Assembly: GCA_905479165.1 (NCBI GenBank)
Contig: CAJQLK010000042.1
Coordinates: forward strand, 246-64,245
From: an uncultured Flavobacteriales bacterium
Lineage (GTDB): Bacteria; Bacteroidota; Bacteroidia; Flavobacteriales; BACL11
DNA: 64,000 bases
Direction: 5' to 3'
The position numbers were made by a program, and so were the translations under genes. Positions 7,945 to 17,863 of this stretch are shown piece after piece; position 1 is the stretch's first letter, and each line of letters opens with the position of its first letter. Under the pieces are notes generated by a model. The model saw only the letters and a list, made by a program, of their open reading frames with translations, was not told where the DNA came from and made no database searches.

Positions 7945-10341
7945 TTATCTTTTCTCAGTAGTGTATACATTGCCGTGCCACCAGAATCTTTGTTCTTTTG
8001 AAGAACCATATTGCTCAACAGCCATATCAAATGCTGAACCAAAAGAGTGCATATCGAATACAGGTAATTGAGCTCCTAAATATTCTTTAAGCTCTAATTC
8101 CTTAACTATAGTGTTAGGGTCTTCCAAAGCAGTTTCCATAGCTACAGCTGCTAACTCTTCTTCAGTCATCATGTCAGCATGCTTAGGCGCCATAGTCATT
8201 TCATCAATTAAGTGAGTTGCACCAGCATATTTATCAATAATAAACATAGTGTATCTAATATCAACAGAAATAGTTCTTTGGATTTCTTCTTCAAAAGCAA
8301 TATCACCACTCATAGCTTCCCAGTTACCATCAAAAGCAGTACCAACAATTTCACCCCAAGCATTAATAACAGGAGAACCAGAGTTACCACCAGTAATATC
8401 ATTATTAGAAATAAAGTTAATTCTTAAGTTGCCATCTTTATCAGCATATTGCCCGTAATCACCAACTTCATAAAGTTCTTTTAATCTTTCAGGAACTTGG
8501 AATTCTTCTGATGTAGCATCTTCTTTTTGCATGATACCATCAATAGTAGTAAAGTAATCATAATGCATAGCCTCACCAGGATTGTAATCACCTACATTAC
8601 CATAAGTTGCTCTCATAGTTGAGTTAGCATCTGGATAGTAAGTTTTATCAGGATTCATTTCTCTTAATCCAGCAATAAATAATCTGTTTCCTTTAGTTAA
8701 CTCTTCTCTTACAATTGCTCTTTTAGGAGAAATTTGCTCAATGTATTGGTTATAAATTGACATTAAAGTTTTGTAAGCAGGATCTCTTTCAATTTTCATT
8801 GTAGAGGGGTTTTCTAAAAAAGTAAAGAATTTCTCCCTTGATGAAAATACTGATCTGTTAAAGGTATTTTTAGCATACCAATCAAAATCTAACTTTTTGA
8901 AACCAAATAGTTGATTCTCAATTTTCTTAAATACAGGAGCATGTTGTGTTTTAGGCACATGGTAGTAGTACATCTCCAACATAGAAGCAAATAATTCCTG
9001 ATCAACTGATGTGTTATAATCTTTATAGAATTCTTTTGCCTCTTTTTTAATAGCTCTAATAGCAACATTTCTCTCTTTTCCTTCCTTAGGTAAAGATGCA
9101 ATTGCTCTATTCATTTTAAACGACCAGTACATAATTTCTGAACCCATAAAAACAGCTTCATTTAAGTAAGTTCTGTTTAAAGCAATTTTCTGATTTGTTT
9201 TGTAAGCGCTTTCAATTAAATCTAAAGCTTCACCATACTTTTCAACTTTTGCTTCATCTTCAGCTACCCAAGCTCTGAATTCATCTTCAATAGCAACTTT
9301 TTTATCATAAACCTTCATTGATTTTAACCCTTTAGATTGACCAATAAAGTATTTCCAATAGTTAGAAGTTTGAGCATATTTAGCAGCATACTGAATTTTA
9401 GTTTTTTTACTAGCATCCATCCCAGCTTTCATAATTGCCAACTTCTCATCACGGATATCAACAGTAGTTTGATTCGTAATATCTAAAGCTTCTTTCACTC
9501 CATAAGAAGTTAAGTATCTGTCAGTGCTTCCAGGGAAACCAAAAATCATAGTATAGTCACCATTTTCAACTCCATTTAATTGGATTGGTAAGTGGTGTTT
9601 TGGTTGGTAAGCAACATTTTCAACTGAGTACTCAGCTGGAGTTCCATCAGGAGCACAGTAAATTCTATAAAGTGCAAAATCTCCAGTGTGTCTTGGCCAC
9701 ATCCAGTTATCAGTGTCTCCACCAAATTTTCCAATTGAGGATGGAGGCGCCCCTACTAATCTTACATCTTTAAAAGTTTCATATTTCATAATGTAGAAAT
9801 CATTTCCACCAAAGAATGATTTTACTCTTGCATTGTAATATGTATCCTCAGTAGCTTCATCAACAATAGTTTTAGAAATTTCTCTAATTTTAGCTCTTCT
9901 TTCTTGCTCAGTCATATCAGTATTAAGCTCAGCAACTACTCTTGCAGTTACATCTTCAATACTTACTAAAAATGATGCCGTTAAGCCCTCATTTGCTAAT
10001 TCTTGATCACGACTCATTGCCCAGAAACCATCTTTTAAATAGTCGTTACTAACGCTTGAATGTTCTTGAATAGAACCAAATGCACAGTGGTGATTTGTAA
10101 GCATTAAACCTTCTGAAGAAATCATTTCAGCTGTGCAAAACCCTCCTAAAGAAACAATTGCATCTTTCATTGATGAGTTGTTTACTGAGTATAAATCCTC
10201 AGCAGTTAATTGCAATCCGTGAGCTTGCATATCACCCTCATTCATTGCTTGTAAAAGTTGTGGCAACCACATTCCCTCATCAGCTATCGCTGTAAATGAG
10301 AAGAATCCTGCCATTACGATTGATAAAAATCTCTTAGTCAT
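7945..10341 (-). CDS. S46 family dipeptidyl-peptidase (DPP7/DPP11-like) with an extra ~80-aa C-terminal extension
   Basis: The signal peptide is followed by the DEGMWLP motif, and the catalytic Ser is in TGGNSGSPV. The start is placed at M20 (ATG 10341) because a TAAATTTG box lies 21 nt upstream, inside the longer ORF-track version. Confidence 0.85.
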   Translation of the reverse strand: MTKRFLSIVMAGFFSFTAIADEGMWLPQLLQAMNEGDMQAHGLQLTAEDLYSVNNSSMKDAIVSLGGFCTAEMISSEGLMLTNHHCAFGSIQEHSSVSNDYLKDGFWAMSRDQELANEGLTASFLVSIEDVTARVVAELNTDMTEQERRAKIREISKTIVDEATEDTYYNARVKSFFGGNDFYIMKYETFKDVRLVGAPPSSIGKFGGDTDNWMWPRHTGDFALYRIYCAPDGTPAEYSVENVAYQPKHHLPIQLNGVENGDYTMIFGFPGSTDRYLTSYGVKEALDITNQTTVDIRDEKLAIMKAGMDASKKTKIQYAAKYAQTSNYWKYFIGQSKGLKSMKVYDKKVAIEDEFRAWVAEDEAKVEKYGEALDLIESAYKTNQKIALNRTYLNEAVFMGSEIMYWSFKMNRAIASLPKEGKERNVAIRAIKKEAKEFYKDYNTSVDQELFASMLEMYYYHVPKTQHAPVFKKIENQLFGFKKLDFDWYAKNTFNRSVFSSREKFFTFLENPSTMKIERDPAYKTLMSIYNQYIEQISPKRAIVREELTKGNRLFIAGLREMNPDKTYYPDANSTMRATYGNVGDYNPGEAMHYDYFTTIDGIMQKEDATSEEFQVPERLKELYEVGDYGQYADKDGNLRINFISNNDITGGNSGSPVINAWGEIVGTAFDGNWEAMSGDIAFEEEIQRTISVDIRYTMFIIDKYAGATHLIDEMTMAPKHADMMTEEELAAVAMETALEDPNTIVKELELKEYLGAQLPVFDMHSFGSAFDMAVEQYGSSKEQRFWWHGNVYTTEKR

Positions 10342-10362
10342 TAGTTTATTTTTTTGTTTAGG

Positions 10363-10370
10363 CAAATTTA
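10363..10370 (-). promoter_or_regulatory. -7 promoter box TAAATTTG for the S46 peptidase gene
   Basis: Exact TAnnTTTG on the minus strand, 21 nt before the ATG at 10341. Confidence 0.45.
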
Positions 10371-10439
10371 AAAAACCAATAACGCATATCCCTTTCATTT
10401 CAGTTGTTTTTAAAATGAGATGTTAACAATATTTTAATG

Positions 10440-10447
10440 TATTTTTG
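10440..10447 (+). promoter_or_regulatory. -7 promoter box TATTTTTG for rluF
   Basis: Exact TAnnTTTG, 9 nt before the ATG at 10457. The ORF-track TTG start at 10445 lies inside the box. Confidence 0.4.
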
Positions 10448-10456
10448 CATTATATT

Positions 10457-11200
10457 ATGGAAGAAAATAAACTTACAAGAATCAATAAATTCTTATCAGA
10501 AATAGGGTATTGCTCAAGGCGTGCTGCTGATAAATTAATTGACCAAGGAAGAGTAAAAATAAATGGGGAAATTCCTTTAATGGGAACAAAAGTTTCTGAT
10601 GAAGACGAGGTAAGTATAAACGGAAAAGTGGTGCACAGAGCCAAAAAGAAGAAGATGGTTTATATTGCTTTTAATAAACCAGTGGGTATTGTTTGTACTA
10701 CCGACCAAATGCGAGAAAAGAATAATATTATCGATTATATTAATTATCCTACCCGTATTTTCCCTATTGGAAGATTGGACAAACCTTCAGAAGGCTTGAT
10801 TTTTCTAACGAATGATGGGGATATTGTAAACAAGATTTTGCGCGCCAGAAACAATCATGAGAAGGAATATGAAGTAACCGTTAGTAAGCCAATCACCAAA
10901 GAATTTATTGAAGCTATGGCAAATGGGGTGCCAATTTTGAATACCCTTACTCGTAAATGTTTTGTGAAGCAAACCGATAAAAAGAAGTTCAAGATTATAC
11001 TAACTCAAGGATTGAACCGACAAATTAGAAGGATGTGCGAATATTTAGAATATGATGTTAGGAAGCTGAAAAGGGTAAGAATTATGAATATTAAATTAGA
11101 CATTCCTGTTGGGGAATACCGTGATTTTACAGCTACAGAATTGAACCAAATCAACCAGTCAGTAGAGCATTCTATTAAAACTTATGAGGAAGGGAAGTAA
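10457..11200 (+). CDS. rluF: RsuA/RluF-family 23S rRNA pseudouridine synthase (S4 domain + catalytic domain)
   Basis: The S4 region is RINKFLSEIGYCSRRAADKLIDQGRVKING, and the catalytic Asp motif is GRLDKPSEGL. Confidence 0.75.
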   Translation: MEENKLTRINKFLSEIGYCSRRAADKLIDQGRVKINGEIPLMGTKVSDEDEVSINGKVVHRAKKKKMVYIAFNKPVGIVCTTDQMREKNNIIDYINYPTRIFPIGRLDKPSEGLIFLTNDGDIVNKILRARNNHEKEYEVTVSKPITKEFIEAMANGVPILNTLTRKCFVKQTDKKKFKIILTQGLNRQIRRMCEYLEYDVRKLKRVRIMNIKLDIPVGEYRDFTATELNQINQSVEHSIKTYEEGK

Positions 11201-11204
11201 AAGG

Positions 11205-11945
11205 TTAATTCAAATTACTTAAAACTACATCCCATAATTCTTTACGAGCTACTAGGCAATCCTTAGCCGTTTGTTCTACTTCTTCCCATTTTTGTTTGTC
11301 ATCACCACATAAATCAGTTATAAGTTGTAGAGCTAATGGGCCGTGTTCTCCACCATCTAACTCTATGTGTCTTTCTAGGTAATACACAAACTTATCTAAC
11401 TTATATTCTTTGCTCAAATCATTTACAATAGCCGTAAACATATCTGGTATTAAATCCTCACGACCAAAAGTAAAAGCAGATGCAATTTTATGGGCATCTC
11501 CAGTTTTTAATACATCAAAAGTGGTAGCTAAAAAGGAATCAATAGCGGTATTAACTTTAGGTAAGTTAATGTCAGTAATGCTATCTACAAAGTTTTCAAT
11601 TTCATTAGTATTGGCACCACATTCTTTCATGGCATCCAAGTACATTTCATAGTGTGAGGCAGGCTTACCATCTGCATCAACATCACTTTCCTCTTCCAGC
11701 ACAATAGAGTTAATCAGCCTTCTTATTTTATTGTCCCCAATAGGTTTCCAAGGAAGAGTGGTGCTGGTCAATTCAATTTGTAATCCTTTTAATAAGGACA
11801 TAAAGTCCCAAACAGCATATACATGAACTTTCATGAGTTTTTGAACATCTTCAATGGTGTTAAGTTGGCTGTATAACGGATGATTTACTACATCTCTTTT
11901 GTGCTCAGCAATCTGAGTGTTTATATGTTGAATATTTTTATTCAT
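11205..11945 (-). CDS. DUF3050-like (heme-oxygenase-like fold) protein; last gene of the suf transcription unit
   Basis: 246 aa. From memory of the family, the segment HVYAVWDFMSLLKGLQ...RRLINSIVLEEESD matches DUF3050. Its start codon region abuts or overlaps the upstream gene end at 11945. Confidence 0.55.
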   Translation of the reverse strand: MNKNIQHINTQIAEHKRDVVNHPLYSQLNTIEDVQKLMKVHVYAVWDFMSLLKGLQIELTSTTLPWKPIGDNKIRRLINSIVLEEESDVDADGKPASHYEMYLDAMKECGANTNEIENFVDSITDINLPKVNTAIDSFLATTFDVLKTGDAHKIASAFTFGREDLIPDMFTAIVNDLSKEYKLDKFVYYLERHIELDGGEHGPLALQLITDLCGDDKQKWEEVEQTAKDCLVARKELWDVVLSNLN

Positions 11946-12451
11946 TATTTATTTTTAAGAATGGGAACAGCCGAACAAGCCTCCCCAAACATTAGACTAC
12001 TTACTGTGTTTTGCAATTTTTTGGTAATTGCCATATAAAGTGAAGCGCTTAAAGGAATTTGACCACAACCTTTTACAATCACTTTTTTGTTTTCAAATTC
12101 TGTGCTATCAATAGCATCAATATTAGCAGTGAATATTTCCTGAAATACATCCATTTTTTTTCCAAAATAGATTTCGCTAGCAATACCTTTCAAGTAAGAA
12201 GTAACTAGCATAAAAGCCCACATAGGGACAATAGCATCTGAGCTACAATTTATTGCTACTATTTTATCTTTGTAGATAGAAAAATCAAATTCTTTTAAAT
12301 TGGTTCTGAATTCTTTTTCTTTTAGGATAATCTCTTCAAAAAGAAAATCCTTTACATCTAAAACAGAAATAGATTGACTAGGTGCATAGTCTGCTAAATC
12401 AATTGTGATTAGGGCACTATTTGCTACTCTATTTACAATTTCATCTCCCAT
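11945..12451 (-). CDS. DUF2480-like protein, suf-operon associated
   Basis: 168 aa, 3 nt downstream of the DUF59 gene. From memory, this family commonly sits next to SUF genes in Bacteroidetes. Confidence 0.5.
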   Translation of the reverse strand: MGDEIVNRVANSALITIDLADYAPSQSISVLDVKDFLFEEIILKEKEFRTNLKEFDFSIYKDKIVAINCSSDAIVPMWAFMLVTSYLKGIASEIYFGKKMDVFQEIFTANIDAIDSTEFENKKVIVKGCGQIPLSASLYMAITKKLQNTVSSLMFGEACSAVPILKNK

Positions 12452-12454
12452 GTT

Positions 12455-12778
12455 TTATAACATACCGAGTTCTAGTTTTGCTTCTTCACTCATCATTTCT
12501 TTTGTCCAAGTTGGCTCAAACGTTATTTCTACTTTTGCATCTTTAACTGAAGGTAAGGTTTTTACTTTTTCTTCTACTTCAACAGGAAGTGTTTCGGCAA
12601 CTGGGCAATTCGGAGTAGTAAGTGTCATGGTAATTTTAACATCACAATCTTCACTAACTTCTACATCATATATCAAACCTAAGGCATAGATGTTTACTGG
12701 AATTTCAGGATCGTATATTTCACAAATAACCTCAACTACTTCTTCCCCAATTTTTTGTAATTCTTCTTCTGTTTTCAT
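12455..12778 (-). CDS. DUF59/MIP18-family SUF-associated Fe-S assembly protein (SufT-like)
   Basis: 107 aa: YDPEIPVNIYALGLIYDV...TLTTPNCPVAETL, the typical DUF59 Cys motif. Confidence 0.8.
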   Translation of the reverse strand: MKTEEELQKIGEEVVEVICEIYDPEIPVNIYALGLIYDVEVSEDCDVKITMTLTTPNCPVAETLPVEVEEKVKTLPSVKDAKVEITFEPTWTKEMMSEEAKLELGML

Positions 12779-12779
12779 A

Positions 12780-13196
12780 TTAATTACTGTAAGCTAATGC
12801 GTAAATTTTCATTTGTTTTATCATGGATAGTAAACCGTTTGCTCTAGTAGCAGAGAGCTGTTCTTTCAATCCTATTTCGTTTATAAAGTCAAGTTTTGCA
12901 TTTGCAATTTCTGATGGAGATTGTCCCGAAAGCACATTTATTAAAATAGCTACAATTCCCTTAGTCATAATAGCATCACTATCTGCTGTATAAATAATCT
13001 TTCCTTTAGTGTGTTCTGCATGAAGCCAAACTCTACTTTGGCAACCTTTTATTAAGTTGTCTTCTGTTTTGTATTGTTCTTCAATTGGTGAGAGTTCTTT
13101 TCCTAAATCAATAAGGTATTCGTACTTTTGCATCCAATCGTCAAACATTGCAAAATCTTCAATAATTTCAGTTTGTATTTCTTGTATAGCACTCAT
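12780..13196 (-). CDS. sufE: Cysteine desulfuration protein SufE
   Basis: 138 aa. It has the SufE motif IKGCQSRVWL and sits next to sufS. Confidence 0.85.
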   Translation of the reverse strand: MSAIQEIQTEIIEDFAMFDDWMQKYEYLIDLGKELSPIEEQYKTEDNLIKGCQSRVWLHAEHTKGKIIYTADSDAIMTKGIVAILINVLSGQSPSEIANAKLDFINEIGLKEQLSATRANGLLSMIKQMKIYALAYSN

Positions 13197-14410
13197 TATG
13201 ACAACATCAATTTTGCCTTTTTAATTGCTTTTACACAAACATCAATTTCTTGTTTAGTATTATAAACGGACAATGAAATTCTTGCCGTTCCAGGAATGTT
13301 AAACCTGTCCATAATTGGTTGTGTGCAATGGTGTCCTGTTCGGATAGCAACTCCCATTTTATCTACAATCAAACCTATATCATAAGGATGCAATCCTTCA
13401 ATATTAAATGAAATAATAGCTGATTTATGTGCAGCTGTCCCATAAATTTTTAGTCCCTCAATTTTTAATACCTCAGCAGTTACATATCGTAATAGTTCTT
13501 CCTCATATTTTGCAATTTCTGAAACTCCTAGATCTGTAATAAAATCAATGGCTTGTTTAAAAGCAATTACTCCAGAAATATTAGGTGTTCCTGCTTCAAA
13601 TTTATGAGGCAAACAAGCGTAAGTAGTTTTTTCAAAACTAACTTCTTTTATCATTTCTCCACCACCTTGGTAAGGCGGTAGGACATTTAAAATTTCTTCT
13701 TTCCCATACAAAACTCCAACTCCTGTTGGTCCGAACAATTTATGTGCTGAAAAGCAATAGAAATCAGCATCCAGTTTTTGCATATCCAAAGCAACATGAG
13801 AAGCCGCTTGAGCTCCATCAATCATTACTTTTGCACTAAAGTTATGTGCTTTCTCTATAATAGCTTCAATATCATTTACTGTCCCCAGAGTATTAGAAAT
13901 ATGGCTAACTGATACTAATTTTGTGTTTTTAGAAAGAAGGTTGTCAAATTCATTCATATCCAAACTTCCATTATCTAGCAGAGGAATGACCTTTAAAGTT
14001 GCACCTGAAATTTTGCAACACATTTGCCAAGGCACAATATTAGAATGATGCTCTAATGCTGAAATAATGATTTCATCACCTTCACCTAATAGTGTTCTGT
14101 AACCATTTGCAACAAGGTTTATGGAATCAGTTGTTCCTTTAGTAAAGATGATTTCATGGTTGTGTCTTGCACCAATAAATGCTTGAACAGTATTTCTTGT
14201 TTCTTCAAATTTATCAGTTGCTAATCCGCTTAAAAAATGAACTCCCCTGTGTACATTGGAATTTTCATCAGTATAATAATTTGCTTCTGCATCAATTACA
14301 GATTGTGGTTTTTGTGTTGTAGCTCCATTGTCAAAATACACCAAACTCATTCCATTTACCTTGCGGTTTAGGATAGGGAATTGTGCTCGTATTTTCTTAA
14401 TGTCTAACAT
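13196..14410 (-). CDS. sufS: Cysteine desulfurase, SufS subfamily
   Basis: 404 aa. The PLP lysine is in FSAHKLFGPTG, and the active-site loop is RTGHHCTQP. Confidence 0.9.
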   Translation of the reverse strand: MLDIKKIRAQFPILNRKVNGMSLVYFDNGATTQKPQSVIDAEANYYTDENSNVHRGVHFLSGLATDKFEETRNTVQAFIGARHNHEIIFTKGTTDSINLVANGYRTLLGEGDEIIISALEHHSNIVPWQMCCKISGATLKVIPLLDNGSLDMNEFDNLLSKNTKLVSVSHISNTLGTVNDIEAIIEKAHNFSAKVMIDGAQAASHVALDMQKLDADFYCFSAHKLFGPTGVGVLYGKEEILNVLPPYQGGGEMIKEVSFEKTTYACLPHKFEAGTPNISGVIAFKQAIDFITDLGVSEIAKYEEELLRYVTAEVLKIEGLKIYGTAAHKSAIISFNIEGLHPYDIGLIVDKMGVAIRTGHHCTQPIMDRFNIPGTARISLSVYNTKQEIDVCVKAIKKAKLMLS

Positions 14411-15631
14411 CTATAAACTGAAATCTAAATCAACATTTAGTTTTTGGGCTAATAATTTTTGAGCTAATAATTTAACTTCTTCTACAGAGATGTTTTCAAT
14501 TGCTTCAGATGCAAATGCGTAGGTTAAAACCGCCTTTGCTTCTTCAATACCAATCCCCCTACTTCTCATGTAGAAAAGTGCTTTTTCATCCAATTGACCA
14601 ATAGTACAACCATGACTACACTTTACATCATCAGCATAAATCTCTAATTGTGGTTTGCTGTCAATAGTAGAATTATCACTTAATAATAAATTGTTGTTAG
14701 ATTGGAATGCATCAATTTTTTGTGCATCAGGGCGCACCATAATTTTACCATTAAATACTCCTTTGGAATTCCCCAAATAAACACCTTTGTACATCTCATT
14801 ACTTCTACAGTGTGCACTTTTATGATCCACAAAAGTATGATTGTCAGCAAGTTGATTGTCATTCAATATTGAAACACCATTCATATTGCTTTCGCAATTA
14901 GAACCGTTTTGTTCAAAATTTAAGTTGTTTCTGGTGAATGAACCTCCAAAAATAAGTGTGTTAATATCGCAAGTAGAATCTTGTTCTTGATATACATTTA
15001 CTGTGTCAATTAGTCTAGATCCTGGCGTGTTGTTTTGTATTTTGTTGTATTCTACCTTTGTGTTTTTAGCGCAATGAATCTGAGTAAAATTATTTACCAT
15101 TGAAGTAGAATCATTAAGAGTTTGAATTCTTTCTACAAACTTTACCTCAGCATTATCTCCAACAGAAATTAGGTTTCTGTATTGAGAAAAATTATTTTCT
15201 GTATTTGTAAAAAACAAAATTTCAATAGGACTTTCTAGTACGGTGTTTTTATCCACTGTAATAGTAAATCCATTTTGAGCAAGGGCTTTATTTAGTTGTA
15301 AAACACTATCAGTTGTATTACTTTCAAAATTAGAAAAACCATTAATACTTACTCCTTTTATATTTGGACTTCCGATTAGTTTTCCATCAGAAAAAATAAT
15401 TCTATTCTCAAATCCTAAAGAATATTTTATAACTGTAGAGGAATCAATAATTTCTCCTGTATTTTCAATAGTGTATTCTTTAGTAACTATCTTTTTAAGT
15501 GAAGTATATTTCCACTCCTCATCTTTGGTTGTTGGAAATCCTTTTGACATGAAAGAAGTAAAAACCTTTTTCTTTTCATCAGAAATCTGCACCCCTTCCG
15601 AATACGATTTTAAATTTTCAATTAAGCCCAC
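14411..15631 (-). CDS. sufD: Fe-S cluster assembly protein SufD
   Basis: 406 aa with a SufB/D beta-helix C-terminal region (PQLEIYADDVKCSHGCTIGQLD). It lies between sufC and sufS. Confidence 0.85.
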   Translation of the reverse strand: MGLIENLKSYSEGVQISDEKKKVFTSFMSKGFPTTKDEEWKYTSLKKIVTKEYTIENTGEIIDSSTVIKYSLGFENRIIFSDGKLIGSPNIKGVSINGFSNFESNTTDSVLQLNKALAQNGFTITVDKNTVLESPIEILFFTNTENNFSQYRNLISVGDNAEVKFVERIQTLNDSTSMVNNFTQIHCAKNTKVEYNKIQNNTPGSRLIDTVNVYQEQDSTCDINTLIFGGSFTRNNLNFEQNGSNCESNMNGVSILNDNQLADNHTFVDHKSAHCRSNEMYKGVYLGNSKGVFNGKIMVRPDAQKIDAFQSNNNLLLSDNSTIDSKPQLEIYADDVKCSHGCTIGQLDEKALFYMRSRGIGIEEAKAVLTYAFASEAIENISVEEVKLLAQKLLAQKLNVDLDFSL

Positions 15632-16383
15632 TTTTTATCTTCTTCATTAGTTACCCAATCATACCCTTTTTCTTCTAGCTCATGCGCTAATTCTGCTCCT
15701 CCCGACTTAACGATTCTCCCATTGTATAATACATGTACAAAGTCTGGGACAATATAGTCCAGTAATCTTTGGTAATGAGTAATAATAATAGTTGCATTAT
15801 CCGCACTTCTTAGTTTGTTTACTCCATTAGCCACAATTCTAAGCGCGTCAATATCCAGCCCAGAATCAGTCTCGTCCAAAATAGCTAATTTAGGATCTAA
15901 CATTGCCATCTGAAAAATTTCATTTCTTTTCTTTTCTCCACCAGAGAATCCTTCATTCATGTTGCGGGATAAATAACCTTGCTTGATGCTTAAAAGCTCC
16001 ATCTTTTCTCGCATCATTTTTAACAAATCCTTAGTTGGAATAGGATCTAAACCTTGTGCTTTCCTTTTTTCTGTAATTGAAGTTTTTATAAAGTTAGAAA
16101 CTGAAATTCCAGGAATTTCAACGGGATATTGAAAAGAAAGAAATACACCATTATTTGCTCTTTCCTCTGGATCTAATTCCAATAAATTCTTTCCGTTAAA
16201 ATTAATATTTCCGCCTTCAACTTCATAGTCTTCATTACCAGCAATTACTGCCGATAGAGTACTTTTGCCAGAACCGTTAGGCCCCATGATAGCATGGATT
16301 TCCCCTGCCTTCACTTCTAAGTTTATTCCTTTTAAGATTTGATTATCTTCAATTCCTGCTTTTAAGTTTTTTATCTGTAACAT
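15622..16383 (-). CDS. sufC: Fe-S cluster assembly ATPase SufC
   Basis: 253 aa. It has Walker A (GPNGSGKST), the ABC signature (FSGGEKKR) and Walker B (LAILDETDSGLD). Confidence 0.92.
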   Translation of the reverse strand: MLQIKNLKAGIEDNQILKGINLEVKAGEIHAIMGPNGSGKSTLSAVIAGNEDYEVEGGNINFNGKNLLELDPEERANNGVFLSFQYPVEIPGISVSNFIKTSITEKRKAQGLDPIPTKDLLKMMREKMELLSIKQGYLSRNMNEGFSGGEKKRNEIFQMAMLDPKLAILDETDSGLDIDALRIVANGVNKLRSADNATIIITHYQRLLDYIVPDFVHVLYNGRIVKSGGAELAHELEEKGYDWVTNEEDKKWA

Positions 16384-16393
16384 TTTCTTGTTT

Positions 16394-17851
16394 TTAACCT
16401 ACTGAACCTTCAAGGCTGATTTCTAATAATTTTTGTGCTTCTACTGCAAATTCCATTGGTAATTGGTTAAGTACATCCTTGCAATACCCATTTACAATTA
16501 AGGCAATTGCAGCTTCTGTCCCTATCCCTCTTTGGTTGCAATAGAATATTTGATCTTCTCCAATTTTTGAGGTAGTTGCTTCATGCTCTACTTTGGCGGA
16601 GTTGTTTTTAACTTCAATATAAGGGAAAGTGTGCGACCCACATTTATCTCCCATTAGTAAAGAATCACATTGAGAAAAATTTCTAGAATTAATAGCACCC
16701 TTTGAAATTTTGACTAATCCTCTATAATTTCCATCACTTTTTCCTGCTGATATTCCTTTTGCGATAATAGTACTTTTAGTGTTTTTGCCTAAGTGAATCA
16801 TTTTTGTTCCAGTATCTGCTTGTTGTCTGTTGTTAGTTACTGCAACTGAGAAAAACTCTCCAATTGAGTTATCCCCTTTCAAAATACAAGAAGGATATTT
16901 CCATGTTATTGCTGAACCTGTTTCTACTTGTGTCCAAGAGATTTTTGCGTTTTTGTGACAAATCCCTCTTTTAGTTACAAAGTTGAAGACTCCACCAACA
17001 CCCTCTGCATTTCCTGGGTACCAGTTTTGTACAGTAGAATATTTTATATCTGCATCATCCATAGCGATTAATTCTACTACTGCAGCATGCAATTGATTTT
17101 CATCTCGCATTGGAGCTGTACAGCCTTCCAAATAACTTACTTGAGAACCTTCATCAGCAATTAATAATGTCCTTTCAAATTGCCCAGTTCCTGCTTCATT
17201 AATTCTGAAATAAGTAGAAAGCTCCATTGGGCATTTTATTCCTTTTGGAATATAACAAAAGGAACCATCAGAAAATACGGCTGAATTTAGTGCAGAAAAG
17301 AAATTATCTCTAGCAGGAACAACTGTTCCTAAATATTTTTTTACTAACTCTGGGTGATCTTTAATAGCATCAGAGATAGAACAGAAAATAATTCCTTTCT
17401 CAGCTAAAGTATCTTTAAAAGAAGTAGCTACTGATACTGAATCCATTACGATATCTACAGCTACATTTGCTAATTTCTTTTGTTCATCAATTGAAATTCC
17501 TAACTTATCAAAAGTCTTTTTCATTTCTGGATCTAAATCATCTAAACTATCCAAAACAGGTTTTTGTTTAGGTGCTGAATAATAGATTACATCCTGATAA
17601 TTAGGTTTGGTATAGTTAATGTTTGCCCAATTTGGCTCTTCCATTTCCAACCAAGATTTATACGCTTTTAATCGGTATTCCAACATCCATTCCGGTTCAT
17701 TTTTCTTTGCAGAAATAATGCGCACCACATCTTCTGAAAGCCCCTTTGGGATAGTGTCTGATTCAATGTCTGTTGTAAATCCGTATTTATATTCGGTTGA
17801 TGTTACCTTTTCTAATAACTCGTCTTCCGACTGTTTTTTTTGCTCACTCAT
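16394..17851 (-). CDS. sufB: Fe-S cluster assembly scaffold SufB
   Basis: 485 aa with highly conserved SufB segments ([24 protein letters not shown]..., [14 protein letters not shown]). Confidence 0.92.
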   Translation of the reverse strand: MSEQKKQSEDELLEKVTSTEYKYGFTTDIESDTIPKGLSEDVVRIISAKKNEPEWMLEYRLKAYKSWLEMEEPNWANINYTKPNYQDVIYYSAPKQKPVLDSLDDLDPEMKKTFDKLGISIDEQKKLANVAVDIVMDSVSVATSFKDTLAEKGIIFCSISDAIKDHPELVKKYLGTVVPARDNFFSALNSAVFSDGSFCYIPKGIKCPMELSTYFRINEAGTGQFERTLLIADEGSQVSYLEGCTAPMRDENQLHAAVVELIAMDDADIKYSTVQNWYPGNAEGVGGVFNFVTKRGICHKNAKISWTQVETGSAITWKYPSCILKGDNSIGEFFSVAVTNNRQQADTGTKMIHLGKNTKSTIIAKGISAGKSDGNYRGLVKISKGAINSRNFSQCDSLLMGDKCGSHTFPYIEVKNNSAKVEHEATTSKIGEDQIFYCNQRGIGTEAAIALIVNGYCKDVLNQLPMEFAVEAQKLLEISLEGSVG

Positions 17852-17863
17852 TTTTGTAAATTA

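Noticed and set aside
14446-14475. Tandem 15-nt duplication (GGGCTAATAATTTTT / GAGCTAATAATTTAA) at the 3' end of sufD, encoding LLAQKLLAQK.
   Set aside because: This is an in-frame two-copy micro-duplication inside a coding region. It is most simply a slippage remnant, with no sign of regulatory or repeat-family significance.
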